The notes under the pieces were generated by a model, which was not told the DNA's origin, ran no database searches, and saw nothing but the letters and a program-made list of their open reading frames with translations. From NCBI GenBank assembly GCA_965603355.1, contig CBFDCQ010000003.1, positions 20,802 through 84,801 on the forward strand: a stretch of 64,000 bases of DNA, read 5' to 3'. The DNA is from an uncultured bacterium. Lineage in GTDB: Bacteria > Hydrogenedentota > CAZGCA01 > CBFDCQ01. A program made the translations under genes and the position numbers. Shown here piece after piece: positions 36,610 through 45,767 of this stretch (position 1 is its first letter; every line of letters begins with the position of its first letter).

Positions 36610-36639
36610 ATTATACAGAATGGCGGGTACCGTTGTCAA
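36610..36639 (-). promoter_or_regulatory. consensus promoter upstream of tRNA-Gln (TTGACA-N18-TATAAT on minus strand)
   Basis: Reverse strand TTGACA (36639-36634) and TATAAT (36615-36610), about 34 nt upstream of the tRNA 5' end. Confidence 0.6.
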
Positions 36640-36819
36640 ACGAGGCGCCACACGTACCTGCAAATCGCCGGTTTCTTGGTGATGCCGTTTTTCTTGCGCG
36701 GTACACGCCATGCTCAGTATTGGGAGGGTCAGAATACAAACAGGCAGTGCGGTCCAACGCGGTCGTCGACGCATTCGGAGAACTGATGTGGCGGTGTGCG
36801 AGCGCAGGACGTATCCGTC

Positions 36820-37041
36820 CTATTTTCGCTTGTGCTCCTTGAGGAACCGGCTCACTTCATGTCTCGACGAAAGGCGCAGCATTTGCCCAGTCTTGACGTC
36901 CCGGACGCCGATGGCGTAGCGGGTTCCTCGCTCATCCTGAGGTTTCCTGAACAGAGCTAGAGAGTCAAACCTCTTGCTACTGTCTTCGTCCTTGAGCTCA
37001 AGGATCAACTTACCATATCGAATTGCCTGCCGCCTTGTCAT
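36820..37041 (-). CDS. hypothetical small basic protein (73 aa)
   Basis: ORF with GGAGG 7 nt upstream of its ATG and its own promoter-like element about 190 nt upstream. I recognise no family. Confidence 0.4.
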   Translation of the reverse strand: MTRRQAIRYGKLILELKDEDSSKRFDSLALFRKPQDERGTRYAIGVRDVKTGQMLRLSSRHEVSRFLKEHKRK

Positions 37042-37232
37042 GGGTCAGCCTCCCCCCGGGCGCAAACATGCCCTTTCCGGGTCGCACCATGGCGCGTCAG
37101 TCCCCTGCAAATCGTCCTGCTGACGCTGGCCGTTGTCTATCCCCCTGTCCTCCCCGGCAGCGGGAATAGATGGCTACTGTGGCACGAACAACCACCTCAG
37201 TTGCCCCAATTCTACCGAAACCTCTCCGGCAT

Positions 37233-37262
37233 ATTATGACATAAACCCCTGCATTTTGTCAA
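37233..37262 (-). promoter_or_regulatory. candidate promoter for the 73-aa gene (TTGACA-N18-CATAAT, minus strand)
   Basis: Reverse strand TTGACA (37262-37257) and CATAAT (37238-37233). This implies a 5' leader of about 185 nt. Confidence 0.4.
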
Positions 37263-37324
37263 GTGTTTTCTGGGCGGATGTTGCTATCGCGCACGTTCGG
37301 ATCGCGGTCCAAACGCCCCTTATG

Positions 37325-37354
37325 TTGACAAACATGAGGGGCTGCGACTATAAT
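37325..37354 (+). promoter_or_regulatory. consensus promoter of the argCJB operon (TTGACA-N18-TATAAT)
   Basis: TTGACA 37325-37330 and TATAAT 37349-37354, about 53 nt upstream of the argC GTG. Confidence 0.6.
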
Positions 37355-37407
37355 TGTGGCCGGTTCTACTGGGGCGAAACATCAATCTCATAAGGAGAAG
37401 TAGGCAG

Positions 37408-38451
37408 GTGATCAAGGCTGGTATAGTGGGGCCGACCGGATATGGCGGCCGGGAACTCGTGCGCATTCTGTCCGGTCATCCCGAAGTTGAGATAGAGGCG
37501 CTGGTGTCGCACAGCATTGCCGGTGAACCTCTTTCGTCAGTCGTGCGGGCGTTCAGCGCCGTGGCGGATAAGGTGTGCGAGAAGTTCGACGCGGGTTCGC
37601 TTGCCGAGAGGTGCGACGCGGTATTCGTTGCCGTGCCCGCGACCGAGTCCGGTCGTCTCGTAAAAGCACTGCATGAGGCGGGGACGAAGTTCATACTCGA
37701 CACCGGTCCGGATTTCAGGTTGAAAGATGCGCGTACATTCGCAGAGCATTACGGAGCGGAACATCCGGCAACGGAACTGTTGGCGGACAGCGTTTACGGT
37801 CTTGCGGAGATCAACAGGGATGCCATCAAGACAGCGAAGATAGTCGCGGTGCCCGGATGCTACCCTATCGGGCTGATACTCGCCGTTGCCCCGCTGCTGC
37901 AAGAGACCGGTTTGGCTGGTTCGCCGCTGATCGTTAACTCGCTTTCCGGGATTTCGGGTGCCGGAAGAACGCTCCGCGAAGATTATCACTTCCCGGAGGC
38001 CGGCGAGAACGCCCGGGCATACAGGGTTGGGACTCACCAGCACGTCCCGGAGATGGAACAGGAGCTTGAGCGCATCGCCGGGCACGACGTACAGGTTATG
38101 TTTGTCCCGCACACTGTCCCGATGACCCGCGGTATAGTCACCACGGCAGTCGTTCCTATGGAGAAGGCGGCGGACACGGAGGCTCTGGACGCGTTGTATC
38201 GGGATTACTACTCGGACGAACCCTTCGTGCGAGTCCTCGCCCGGGGCCAGTGCCCCGAGGCAAAGAACGTGCGGGGTTCGAACTTCTGTGACGTGGGGGT
38301 GACGTACGACGAGCGGACGAACCTAGCGATAGCGCTATCCGCGATCGACAACCTGACGAAAGGTACGGCCGGTCAGGCTGTGCAGGACATGAACATACTG
38401 TTCGGGCTCGACGAGACATGCGGGTTGTGGTGTCCTCCCTTGAGCCCGTAG
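37408..38451 (+). CDS. argC: N-acetyl-gamma-glutamyl-phosphate reductase
   Basis: IKAGIVGPTGYGGRELVRIL N-terminus and active-site VAVPGCYP. GTG 37408 has AAGGAG 9 nt upstream. Confidence 0.9.
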   Translation: MIKAGIVGPTGYGGRELVRILSGHPEVEIEALVSHSIAGEPLSSVVRAFSAVADKVCEKFDAGSLAERCDAVFVAVPATESGRLVKALHEAGTKFILDTGPDFRLKDARTFAEHYGAEHPATELLADSVYGLAEINRDAIKTAKIVAVPGCYPIGLILAVAPLLQETGLAGSPLIVNSLSGISGAGRTLREDYHFPEAGENARAYRVGTHQHVPEMEQELERIAGHDVQVMFVPHTVPMTRGIVTTAVVPMEKAADTEALDALYRDYYSDEPFVRVLARGQCPEAKNVRGSNFCDVGVTYDERTNLAIALSAIDNLTKGTAGQAVQDMNILFGLDETCGLWCPPLSP

Positions 38452-38514
38452 CGTATGGTGCGACGAGCATTCTACCCGCGTGCGTAGGTGGTCGGCGGGG
38501 GATGGGTGAACAGG

Positions 38515-39720
38515 ATGAAGTTAGTCGAAGGAGGAGTGACAGCACCGAAAGGGTACGTTGCGGCAGGCTGTCACTGCGGCATCAGGAGCAATCCCAAAGC
38601 GAAGGATCTCGCGCTGATCGTTTCCGAACGCCCGGCGGTTATGGCAGGCGTGTTCACGGCGAACGCGATGGCTTCCGCGTGCGTGACAGTTTCCAGAAGG
38701 GTCGCTGAGAAGGGAACTGCGCGAGCCATCATAGTCAACAGCGGTTTTGCGAACACCTGTACCGGAGCGAAGGGGTTGCGTGATGCCGAGGAGATGGCCA
38801 GGTTTACTGCGGAGCAACTCGAAATATCGCCCGAGGAGGTCGTGGTTGCCTCCACTGGTGTCATCGGTGCGCGGTTGCCCATCGTTAAGGTGTGCGAGGG
38901 AATTGAGACGCTCGCCGAGAAACTCTGCAGGGAAGGTGCCGCGGACGCCGCGGAGGCAATACTGACTACCGACACGCGAGCCAAGCAGGTCGCGGTGCGC
39001 TTCAAATCGAGCAGCGGGCCCGTTACGATAGGAGGCATGGCAAAAGGCGCGGGCATGATCATGCCGAACATGGCTACGATGCTTGCGTTCATAACTACCG
39101 ATGCCTCAATTCGAAAAAAGGCGATGCGGATCGTATTGAAGGAGGCAGTGGATCGGACGTTCAACCGCATTTCCGTCGACGGAGACACGAGCACGAACGA
39201 CATGGTCATCCTGTTGGCAAACGGCGGTCCGGGCTCGCACGTGATAACGCAGCGCAGCACCGATTTCAAGCCTTTCGGCGCGGCGCTTACGGAAGTGTGC
39301 CGCAGACTGGCCCACATGATCGTCGCGGATGGCGAAGGGGCGACCAAGTTCGTTGAGATCAGGGTCAAAGGAGCGCGAAACGATCAGGAAGCGGACCGCG
39401 TGGCGCGGACTGTCGGCACGTCGCTCCTGGTCAAGACGGCTCTGTTTGGCGAGGACCCGAACTGGGGACGAATGATGATGGCAATAGGCAAGTCGGGCGT
39501 GGAAATCGAACCGGCCCGCATAAGAATATCTCTTGGAAGCCTCCGGCTGGTTACAAAAGGAGTGGGGATCGACTTCTCTGAGGAGCGAGCGCGGGAGTTG
39601 CTTGCACAGAAGGACATCGTGATCACCGTGGAACTCGGCGTTGGCGAGGCGGAAACGAGGTTCTGGACTACCGATCTCAGCTACGAGTACGTGAAGATAA
39701 ACGCGGAGTACCACACGTAA
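38515..39720 (+). CDS. argJ: bifunctional ornithine acetyltransferase / N-acetylglutamate synthase
   Basis: GVTAPKGYVAAGCHCGI N-terminus and autoproteolytic site region PNMATMLAFITTD. Start at ATG 38515. Confidence 0.9.
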   Translation: MKLVEGGVTAPKGYVAAGCHCGIRSNPKAKDLALIVSERPAVMAGVFTANAMASACVTVSRRVAEKGTARAIIVNSGFANTCTGAKGLRDAEEMARFTAEQLEISPEEVVVASTGVIGARLPIVKVCEGIETLAEKLCREGAADAAEAILTTDTRAKQVAVRFKSSSGPVTIGGMAKGAGMIMPNMATMLAFITTDASIRKKAMRIVLKEAVDRTFNRISVDGDTSTNDMVILLANGGPGSHVITQRSTDFKPFGAALTEVCRRLAHMIVADGEGATKFVEIRVKGARNDQEADRVARTVGTSLLVKTALFGEDPNWGRMMMAIGKSGVEIEPARIRISLGSLRLVTKGVGIDFSEERARELLAQKDIVITVELGVGEAETRFWTTDLSYEYVKINAEYHT

Positions 39721-39744
39721 ACCGCTGTCACAAGGGAACGCCCA

Positions 39745-40623
39745 ATGGAACGAATAATTGAAAAGGCGCGGACGCTCGTTGAATCGCTGCCATATATCAG
39801 GGAGTTCTTCGAGAAGACCGTCGTGATAAAGTTCGGTGGGAGCGTCCTGTACGACCCGGCGGTTCGCCAGAGAACCGCGAAAGACATAGTACTCATGAAA
39901 TATGTGGGGATGAACCCCGTATTGGTTCATGGCGGGGGTCGCGCGATCAGCGAGGCTCTCGACAGTATGGGGATCAAGTCCGAGTTTCGACATGGGATGC
40001 GGGTCACGGACGAACGCATGGTTAAGATCGTGGAGATGGTGCTTGTCGGAAGTGAGAACAAGGAACTTGTGGCGTCGATCAACCGAGCGGGCGGTTGTTC
40101 TGTCGGCGTGTCCGGCAAGGATTCCGATATGATATTCGCCGAGAAGATGATGGTGCCCGGTGATACAGGCGACGAGATGGTTGACATAGGCTATGTCGGC
40201 AGCATAACGCGCGTTGATCCCACCGTGCTTAACAATCTGGAGAAAGCCGGTTACATTTCGGTGGTAGCGCCGGTAGCCACTGACAGGGACGGAGAAACGT
40301 GGAACGTTAACGCTGACGTAGCGGCGGGCGAGGTCGCGGGAGCACTTGAGGCCGAAAAGCTTGTTTTCCTCACTGATACGCCTGGCATACTCGGCGACAT
40401 GGCGGACGAGGAATCGTTGATCTCCGCGATAACTCTGGATGAGGTTGAGAGGCTCATCTCGCGCGGCGCGGTGAGTGGCGGCATGATACCCAAAGTCAAA
40501 GCTTGCTGTTCGGCCTTGCGCGCCGGCGTGCGCAAGACTCACATCGTAGACGGGCGTGTGCCTCACGCTCTGTTGCTGGAGTTTTTTACTGATACGGGAG
40601 TCGGCACACAGGTGACATTGTAG
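39745..40623 (+). CDS. argB: acetylglutamate kinase
   Basis: 292 aa with VVIKFGGSVL, VLVHGGG and NVNADVAAGEVA motifs. Confidence 0.9.
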   Translation: MERIIEKARTLVESLPYIREFFEKTVVIKFGGSVLYDPAVRQRTAKDIVLMKYVGMNPVLVHGGGRAISEALDSMGIKSEFRHGMRVTDERMVKIVEMVLVGSENKELVASINRAGGCSVGVSGKDSDMIFAEKMMVPGDTGDEMVDIGYVGSITRVDPTVLNNLEKAGYISVVAPVATDRDGETWNVNADVAAGEVAGALEAEKLVFLTDTPGILGDMADEESLISAITLDEVERLISRGAVSGGMIPKVKACCSALRAGVRKTHIVDGRVPHALLLEFFTDTGVGTQVTL

Positions 40624-40650
40624 TGCCGCGCAAACACGGGATACAAGGAT

Positions 40651-41289
40651 ATGGGCGAACATTTCTTAGTGCGAATTGTGGTTCAAGGCGGGTGGGTCAT
40701 GTGGCCCATCATCGCGTGCTCGATTATCGCATTTGCGGTGGCGGTGGAGCGGTTTCTTACGCTGCGTAGAGCCAGGATAAATACACGGGAGTTCATGGGG
40801 ACGATCAGGACCGTACTGCGGCAAAACAACATTGCGGAGGCGATAAAGCTGTGCGAGAAAACGCCGGGTCCCATCGCTCGAATACTCAAGGCCGGTATGC
40901 TGAAACACGGACGCAGAAGACGGGACATCCGCGAGGCGATAGAGGACGCCGGTCAGCTGGAGATTCCGCGCTTGGAGCGGTATCTCGGCGTACTTGCGAC
41001 GGTCGCGAGCGTCTCGCCATTGCTCGGCCTTCTTGGCACGGTGGCCGGGATGATCAAAGCGTTCAACCAGATTCAGGCGAAGATGGGCATCGTCAACCCG
41101 TCGGACCTCGCGGAAGGAATAGGAAACGCTCTTGTGACGACCGCTACCGGTCTGGTCGTAGCGATCCCCACGCTGGTGCTTTACAACTACTTTGTGGCCA
41201 AAGTCGACAATATGATACTTGACATGGAGATCAGCTCGTCTGAGCTCGTGGAACTGCTGACGGAGGGCGAGAAGAACTATGAAGTTTGA
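40651..41289 (+). CDS. MotA/TolQ/ExbB-family proton channel subunit
   Basis: 212 aa, three TM helices, conserved LLGLLGTVAGMIKAF and ALVTTATGLVVAIP. Confidence 0.85.
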   Translation: MGEHFLVRIVVQGGWVMWPIIACSIIAFAVAVERFLTLRRARINTREFMGTIRTVLRQNNIAEAIKLCEKTPGPIARILKAGMLKHGRRRRDIREAIEDAGQLEIPRLERYLGVLATVASVSPLLGLLGTVAGMIKAFNQIQAKMGIVNPSDLAEGIGNALVTTATGLVVAIPTLVLYNYFVAKVDNMILDMEISSSELVELLTEGEKNYEV

Positions 41290-41695
41290 ACGGCGCGCTT
41301 CCGGTCGTACAAAGTTCAGAGGCAGTCTCGAGCTGACGCCGCTCGTGGACGTCGTGCTTCAGCTCATCATATTCTTCATGCTTTCTTCCACCTTCATAGT
41401 GCAGCCCGGGATCAGGGTGGAACTTCCGGACTCGAAAACGACAAGAGAGCAGGAGAAGCACAAGCTGACCGTCACCATAGCGGCAGACAACTCGTTGTTT
41501 GTGAATGAACTTCCGGTAACCTTCGAGGAGCTTCCCACCGTTCTCGCGAACAAGGTCAAGGAGGTCGGTAAGGACGAACTCCTGCTGATCAAGGGCGACA
41601 AGGTCGTGGAATACGGTCGGGTTATCCGGGTCCTGGACGCAGCGCACGGCGCCGGGATAACCAGTTACGGCCTGGCAACCAAACCCACCCGTTGA
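41279..41695 (+). CDS. ExbD/TolR-family biopolymer transport protein
   Basis: 138 aa with LELTPLVDVVLQLIIFFM TM motif. Overlaps the preceding gene by 11 nt. Confidence 0.85.
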   Translation: MKFERRASGRTKFRGSLELTPLVDVVLQLIIFFMLSSTFIVQPGIRVELPDSKTTREQEKHKLTVTIAADNSLFVNELPVTFEELPTVLANKVKEVGKDELLLIKGDKVVEYGRVIRVLDAAHGAGITSYGLATKPTR

Positions 41696-41825
41696 GGTTC
41701 CTGATGAGCCAACCGGTCACCGTTCGGATGCAATCTGCACCACACCGACCACATTCGAAAGAGGTTTTACTGACAAGATCGTTCTACGAGGGAGTCGCGC
41801 GGTACAGAGGACAGGCAGACCAGAG

Positions 41826-41850
41826 GCCTGAGCCGCACTCCGGCTCAGGC
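41826..41850. terminator. perfect 10-bp GC-rich hairpin between convergent genes (possible bidirectional terminator, no U-tract)
   Basis: GCCTGAGCCG-CACTC-CGGCTCAGGC. Confidence 0.35.
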
Positions 41851-41858
41851 GGGGACCA

Positions 41859-42074
41859 TCATTGTACAGTCTCGTCCTCCTTGTTTTCCCCTTGGGCCTC
41901 GTGTGCGTCGTCCGCAGGGTCCGGATCCGGCTCGTCCAAGCCGAACTCGCCCAGCGACGCTTCCGTTTCCTTGTTGCGTTGAGCAAGGTTGTCGAGCGCT
42001 TTAGACAACTCCTCGTCCAGCTGTTCGAACTGCTCGGGATGACGCGTCGTGATCCGTTTCTTGCGCTTCGCCAT
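41859..42074 (-). CDS. hypothetical small protein, basic N-terminus and acidic tail (71 aa)
   Basis: GGAGG 5 nt upstream of the ATG and 11 nt downstream of the hisH stop. No family recognised. Confidence 0.4.
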   Translation of the reverse strand: MAKRKKRITTRHPEQFEQLDEELSKALDNLAQRNKETEASLGEFGLDEPDPDPADDAHEAQGENKEDETVQ

Positions 42075-42085
42075 GGTGCCTCCTA

Positions 42086-42721
42086 TTATGCCGAGCTGTG
42101 CGTTGCGTTACGGACGATTCGGGCAAAATTAGCCAGTATTCTCAGTCCAAGGTGTTGGCTTTTTTCAGGATGGAACTGAACCCCGAACAGGTTTCTTCTC
42201 CAAACGGCGGAACAGAACTTGACCCCATAATCCGTAACGGCAGCGATGACGTCTTCTTCAGACGGTATGACGTAGTATGAGTGGACGAAGTAAACGAAAT
42301 CGCCCGATTCCACGCCTTCGAACAAGGGGCAATCCCGGCGCAGGATCTCGATCTGATTCCACCCCATGTGGGGAACTTTTCTCTCCTCGCTGGCCGAAAA
42401 ACGCCGTACTGAGCCCTTTATTATGTTGAACCCCGGGTGCAGGCCTCCCTCCTCGCTTTCCGTGAACAGGAGTTGCAGGCCGACGCAGATTCCGAGAAAC
42501 GGTTTGTCCGTATGTATAGTCTCGCGAACGACGTCGGTGAGCCCCCGCGAAGCGATGCCGTCGTAGCAATCTCGAAACGCTCCAACGCCGGGCAGCACCA
42601 CACCGGCCGCCTGTCTTATGGTTTCGGGGTCGTCCGTGACAAGTGCTTCAACGCCGTTTCGTTCGAAGGCTTTCTGGGCGCTGCGAAGGTTGCCGGCGCC
42701 GTAATCGACTATCGCGATCAT
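42086..42721 (-). CDS. hisH: imidazole glycerol phosphate synthase, glutamine amidotransferase subunit
   Basis: MIAIVDYGAGNLRS N-terminus, catalytic GICVGLQLL, and HSYY near the C-terminus. Confidence 0.9.
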   Translation of the reverse strand: MIAIVDYGAGNLRSAQKAFERNGVEALVTDDPETIRQAAGVVLPGVGAFRDCYDGIASRGLTDVVRETIHTDKPFLGICVGLQLLFTESEEGGLHPGFNIIKGSVRRFSASEERKVPHMGWNQIEILRRDCPLFEGVESGDFVYFVHSYYVIPSEEDVIAAVTDYGVKFCSAVWRRNLFGVQFHPEKSQHLGLRILANFARIVRNATHSSA

Positions 42722-42728
42722 TGTCTAG

Positions 42729-43355
42729 CTATTTCAAAGTCCCTTTGGTGGAGAGCACTCCCTTTACGCGCTCATCAAGAGACGCAGCGGCGTCCAGTGC
42801 TCTTCCGAACGCCTTAAAGATCGCCTCTATGCTGTGATGGACGTTGGTGCCGTAGCGAAGCGTTATGTGCAAGGTAGCGGCGCTCGACGTCGCGAACGCC
42901 CTGAAAAACTCCTGTACGAGTTCCACGTCGAACTCGCCGACCTTGTCGCGCGGCAGGTCAACGCTGTAAACGAGGTGAGCTCGTCCGCAAAGATCGATGC
43001 ACACCTCAGCGAGCGACTCGTTCATCGGCACCAGACCGGTTCCGTACCGCGCAACGTTCTTCTTCTCGCCGAGCGCTTTGTTCAACGATTCGCCCAAGGT
43101 AATGCCGACATCCTCCACAGTGTGGTGAGCGTCGACCTGAGTGTCCCCGCGCGCATGCGCTTTCAGGTCGAAGAATCCGTGTTTTGCCGCGAGCTGGAGC
43201 ATGTGATCGAGAAAAGGCACCGAGGTGTCAACATCGGCGTTTCCCTCGCCGTCAATGCGCAACTCGACCGAGATTTGCGTCTCCTTCGTCTTGCGAGTCG
43301 TGGACGCGCTTCTTGCTTGTGTCATGGAGCCACCCTCTTCCGTGGTAACCGTCAC
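42729..43355 (-). CDS. hisB: imidazoleglycerol-phosphate dehydratase
   Basis: RKTKETQISVEL, PFLDHML, and DAHHTVEDVGITLG motifs. Confidence 0.9.
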   Translation of the reverse strand: MTVTTEEGGSMTQARSASTTRKTKETQISVELRIDGEGNADVDTSVPFLDHMLQLAAKHGFFDLKAHARGDTQVDAHHTVEDVGITLGESLNKALGEKKNVARYGTGLVPMNESLAEVCIDLCGRAHLVYSVDLPRDKVGEFDVELVQEFFRAFATSSAATLHITLRYGTNVHHSIEAIFKAFGRALDAAASLDERVKGVLSTKGTLK

Positions 43356-44080
43356 CGTCCTTCCATCAACCGTTCCGCCAAAAACCGCGGCAAGCCGGCT
43401 TGCCTGACCTTGTCCGCCGTCCTTTTCCAGTCGTACTCGACCCTGAGCAGCTCGACGTCACGACTCTCTCCATCGTAGATGGCAAACGCGGCCCGTGCGT
43501 CGCCGTCGCGCGGCTGCCCCACCGAGCCCGGGTTCACGAAGAAAAGTCTGCCCTCTTCCAGTCTGAAATGGCCGTCGTCATCCGGCACACAAGGTCCGTC
43601 CTCCGAGAAGATGCCCTGACAATGAGTGTGACCGAAGAAACACAGGGACACCCCTTGCTGTCTCAAATAGTCGAACTCCGGTCGGATATCCTCGATGGAG
43701 AACAAGTACCTATCTCTATTGGACGGCGCGCCGTGCACGGCAAGAAACTCCGCGTCCACAACTTGCTCGGGACAGAGGTCGCGAAGGAAGATTCTATTGT
43801 CGTCCGTCAACTGATTGCTCGTCCAGTCAGCCACCTCACGCGCCAGCACGTTGAATCCCAACGCCTCCTCGAGCCCGCATGCCACGGCATCGTGGTTGCC
43901 CAGCAACGACGGTATGCTTGACTGTTTTACGACATCCACACATGCGTTAGGGTCAGCGTTGTACCCCACAATGTCGCCAAGACATATTATGGCATCCACC
44001 GTTCGCTCCACGATCTCGAGCAGCACCCTGTCAAGAGCCTCGGAGTTAGCATGAATATCTGAAATCAGCGCTATCTTCAC
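43352..44080 (-). CDS. metallophosphoesterase (YfcE/MJ0936-like)
   Basis: KIALISDIHAN, CLGDIVGY, LLGNHD and GHTH motifs. GTG 44080 has GGAGG 8 nt upstream. Confidence 0.75.
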   Translation of the reverse strand: MKIALISDIHANSEALDRVLLEIVERTVDAIICLGDIVGYNADPNACVDVVKQSSIPSLLGNHDAVACGLEEALGFNVLAREVADWTSNQLTDDNRIFLRDLCPEQVVDAEFLAVHGAPSNRDRYLFSIEDIRPEFDYLRQQGVSLCFFGHTHCQGIFSEDGPCVPDDDGHFRLEEGRLFFVNPGSVGQPRDGDARAAFAIYDGESRDVELLRVEYDWKRTADKVRQAGLPRFLAERLMEGR

Positions 44081-44205
44081 CTCAAAACCTCCAGTAAGAC
44101 GCGACGCACGGCGGCGTCTTTCGCTTCCCGCTATCGCAGTCTTTCCACTGTTAGCGTGTCCGTGCTGCTGCAAGCCTGCGCCAGCATAGTCGGCCCGGGT
44201 ACGAG

Positions 44206-45540
44206 TCAGTTCATCATGGCTGAGGCAAGTCCGAGCACGAACACAAAGCCAAGCAAGTCAGTCAGAAACGTCACAAATAAACCGGAGGCAACCGCAGGGT
44301 CCACCTTCAGTTTGGTCAACATGAGCGGAACAAGGGTACCGGCCGCAGCGGCGATGAGGAAATTCAGCATCAACGCAGCCGCGAGGACAGCGCCCAACCT
44401 TGAATCCCTCCCCAGAACCGTTCCCAGCGCGAACACTGCGCCGCCCGCCACAACTGCCACGAGCACACCTAGCTGCATCGCTACAAGTAACTGTTTAAGC
44501 AACATCCTGCGCGTGTCACTCAGATTGACTGTACCGAGCGCAAGATTGCGAATGATCATCGTAAAGGTCTGCGTACCCGCATCACCGCCCATGCCGCCGA
44601 CTATCGGCAGGAAAGCGGCGAGAACTGGAAACCCTTCTATCGTCTTTTTGTGTGCGAGCACGACCGCCGACGCACATGATACGGCTGCGAGCTTCAGCAA
44701 CAGCCACGGGATTCTCTTACGGACCGAGGCGAACGCAGGTTCGAAAACCTTCTCGTCCTCATCCAGACCGACCATCCTGTAAATGTCCTCGGATGCCTCC
44801 TCGTCGATCACGTCAACGATGTCGTCCACCACGATGCGCCCGACAAGTTTGCTGTCACCTTCAACAACCGGCAGAGAGATCAGGTCGTACCGCTTGAACA
44901 ATTTCGCGACCTCCTCCTGATCGAGGTTTACGTTCACGGTGGGAACGTCCTTATCCACGAGCGACTCTATCGGCGCGTCGGGATCGGCCGTGACCAACTC
45001 ATACAGATGTATCGTACCGGCGTAATGTCCGTTCGAGGTCACTGCAAACACGTTATGGACGTGCTGGACGTAATCTGCGTTCTGACGCAGTTTCTCGATA
45101 GCTCCGGCAGCGGTCAGACACGTTTCGACCGCGACGTATTCCGACTGCATCAACCCGCCGGCGGTCTCCTCGCCGTACCTGAGAAGCTCCTCGACCTCCT
45201 CCTTATCCTCGGGGCTGATCTTTTCCAGTACGTCACGAGCGAGCTCGGTCGGCAGCTCCGCGATGAGGTCGGTCGCATCGTCCGACTCCATCTCCTTCAC
45301 CACCTCTGCGAGCCGCTTCTCGCTCAGCTTCTCGACGAGCTCCTGCTTGGCCTGGTCTTCGAGCTCCAGCAGTACCGCTGAAGCGGTCTCCGCGTCGAGA
45401 AGGTCGAACACCTGACGCACTTCTTCAGCATCCATGTGTTCCAGAACGTCGGCAATATCTCCCGGATGGAGGTCCGCGAGAGAGCGGGTCTTCTCTTCAA
45501 CGTGCTTGCTGTCCAGAGCTGGTTTTTCTCTTGGGTTCAT
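44206..45540 (-). CDS. mgtE: magnesium transporter MgtE
   Basis: 444 aa with MgtE N-domain, CBS pair and TM domain containing GGMGGDAGTQ. Confidence 0.9.
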   Translation of the reverse strand: MNPREKPALDSKHVEEKTRSLADLHPGDIADVLEHMDAEEVRQVFDLLDAETASAVLLELEDQAKQELVEKLSEKRLAEVVKEMESDDATDLIAELPTELARDVLEKISPEDKEEVEELLRYGEETAGGLMQSEYVAVETCLTAAGAIEKLRQNADYVQHVHNVFAVTSNGHYAGTIHLYELVTADPDAPIESLVDKDVPTVNVNLDQEEVAKLFKRYDLISLPVVEGDSKLVGRIVVDDIVDVIDEEASEDIYRMVGLDEDEKVFEPAFASVRKRIPWLLLKLAAVSCASAVVLAHKKTIEGFPVLAAFLPIVGGMGGDAGTQTFTMIIRNLALGTVNLSDTRRMLLKQLLVAMQLGVLVAVVAGGAVFALGTVLGRDSRLGAVLAAALMLNFLIAAAAGTLVPLMLTKLKVDPAVASGLFVTFLTDLLGFVFVLGLASAMMN

Positions 45541-45595
45541 CTGCCTTAACCGAGATAGAGATGGGCGAAACTAGTTAGCCGGTGCAAACCTAGGT

Positions 45596-45625
45596 ATTCT
45601 ATCACGTAGTGCGTGCGGCTGTCAA
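45596..45625 (-). promoter_or_regulatory. candidate mgtE promoter (TTGACA-N18-TAGAAT, minus strand)
   Basis: Reverse strand TTGACA (45625-45620) and TAGAAT (45601-45596). The implied leader is only about 50 nt. Confidence 0.45.
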
Positions 45626-45767
45626 AGCGTACACCGGAGCTTGCCCATTCTCCCTAAAGTGAATTCCGCCGATTTTCTGAGGTGTCAGGCGTGGAGCTTG
45701 TGTCGCCGGCACGTTCTTCCTAGAGCCGCACGGGTGTGCGGAATTGGGAGATGCAACCGGCTTGGAC

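Noticed and set aside
36577-37324. Integrated island or integrase remnant next to tRNA-Gln
   Set aside because: There is no duplicated tRNA 3' segment and no integrase-like catalytic motifs. The 73-aa ORF only vaguely resembles an Arm-type N-domain, and the flanking genes are core metabolism.
39106-40662. 518-aa minus-strand ORF opposite argJ and argB
   Set aside because: ArgJ and ArgB motifs on the plus strand are clear. The antisense translation is low-complexity and Arg/His-rich.
45541-45767. Mg2+ (M-box/ykoK) riboswitch upstream of mgtE
   Set aside because: I read the minus-strand leader. The candidate promoter leaves only about 50 nt of leader, and none of the conserved M-box blocks I remember (GTTAGGTGAGGC..., ...GCTAAAGCTCTAC) are present. 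An Infernal scan would be needed to be sure.
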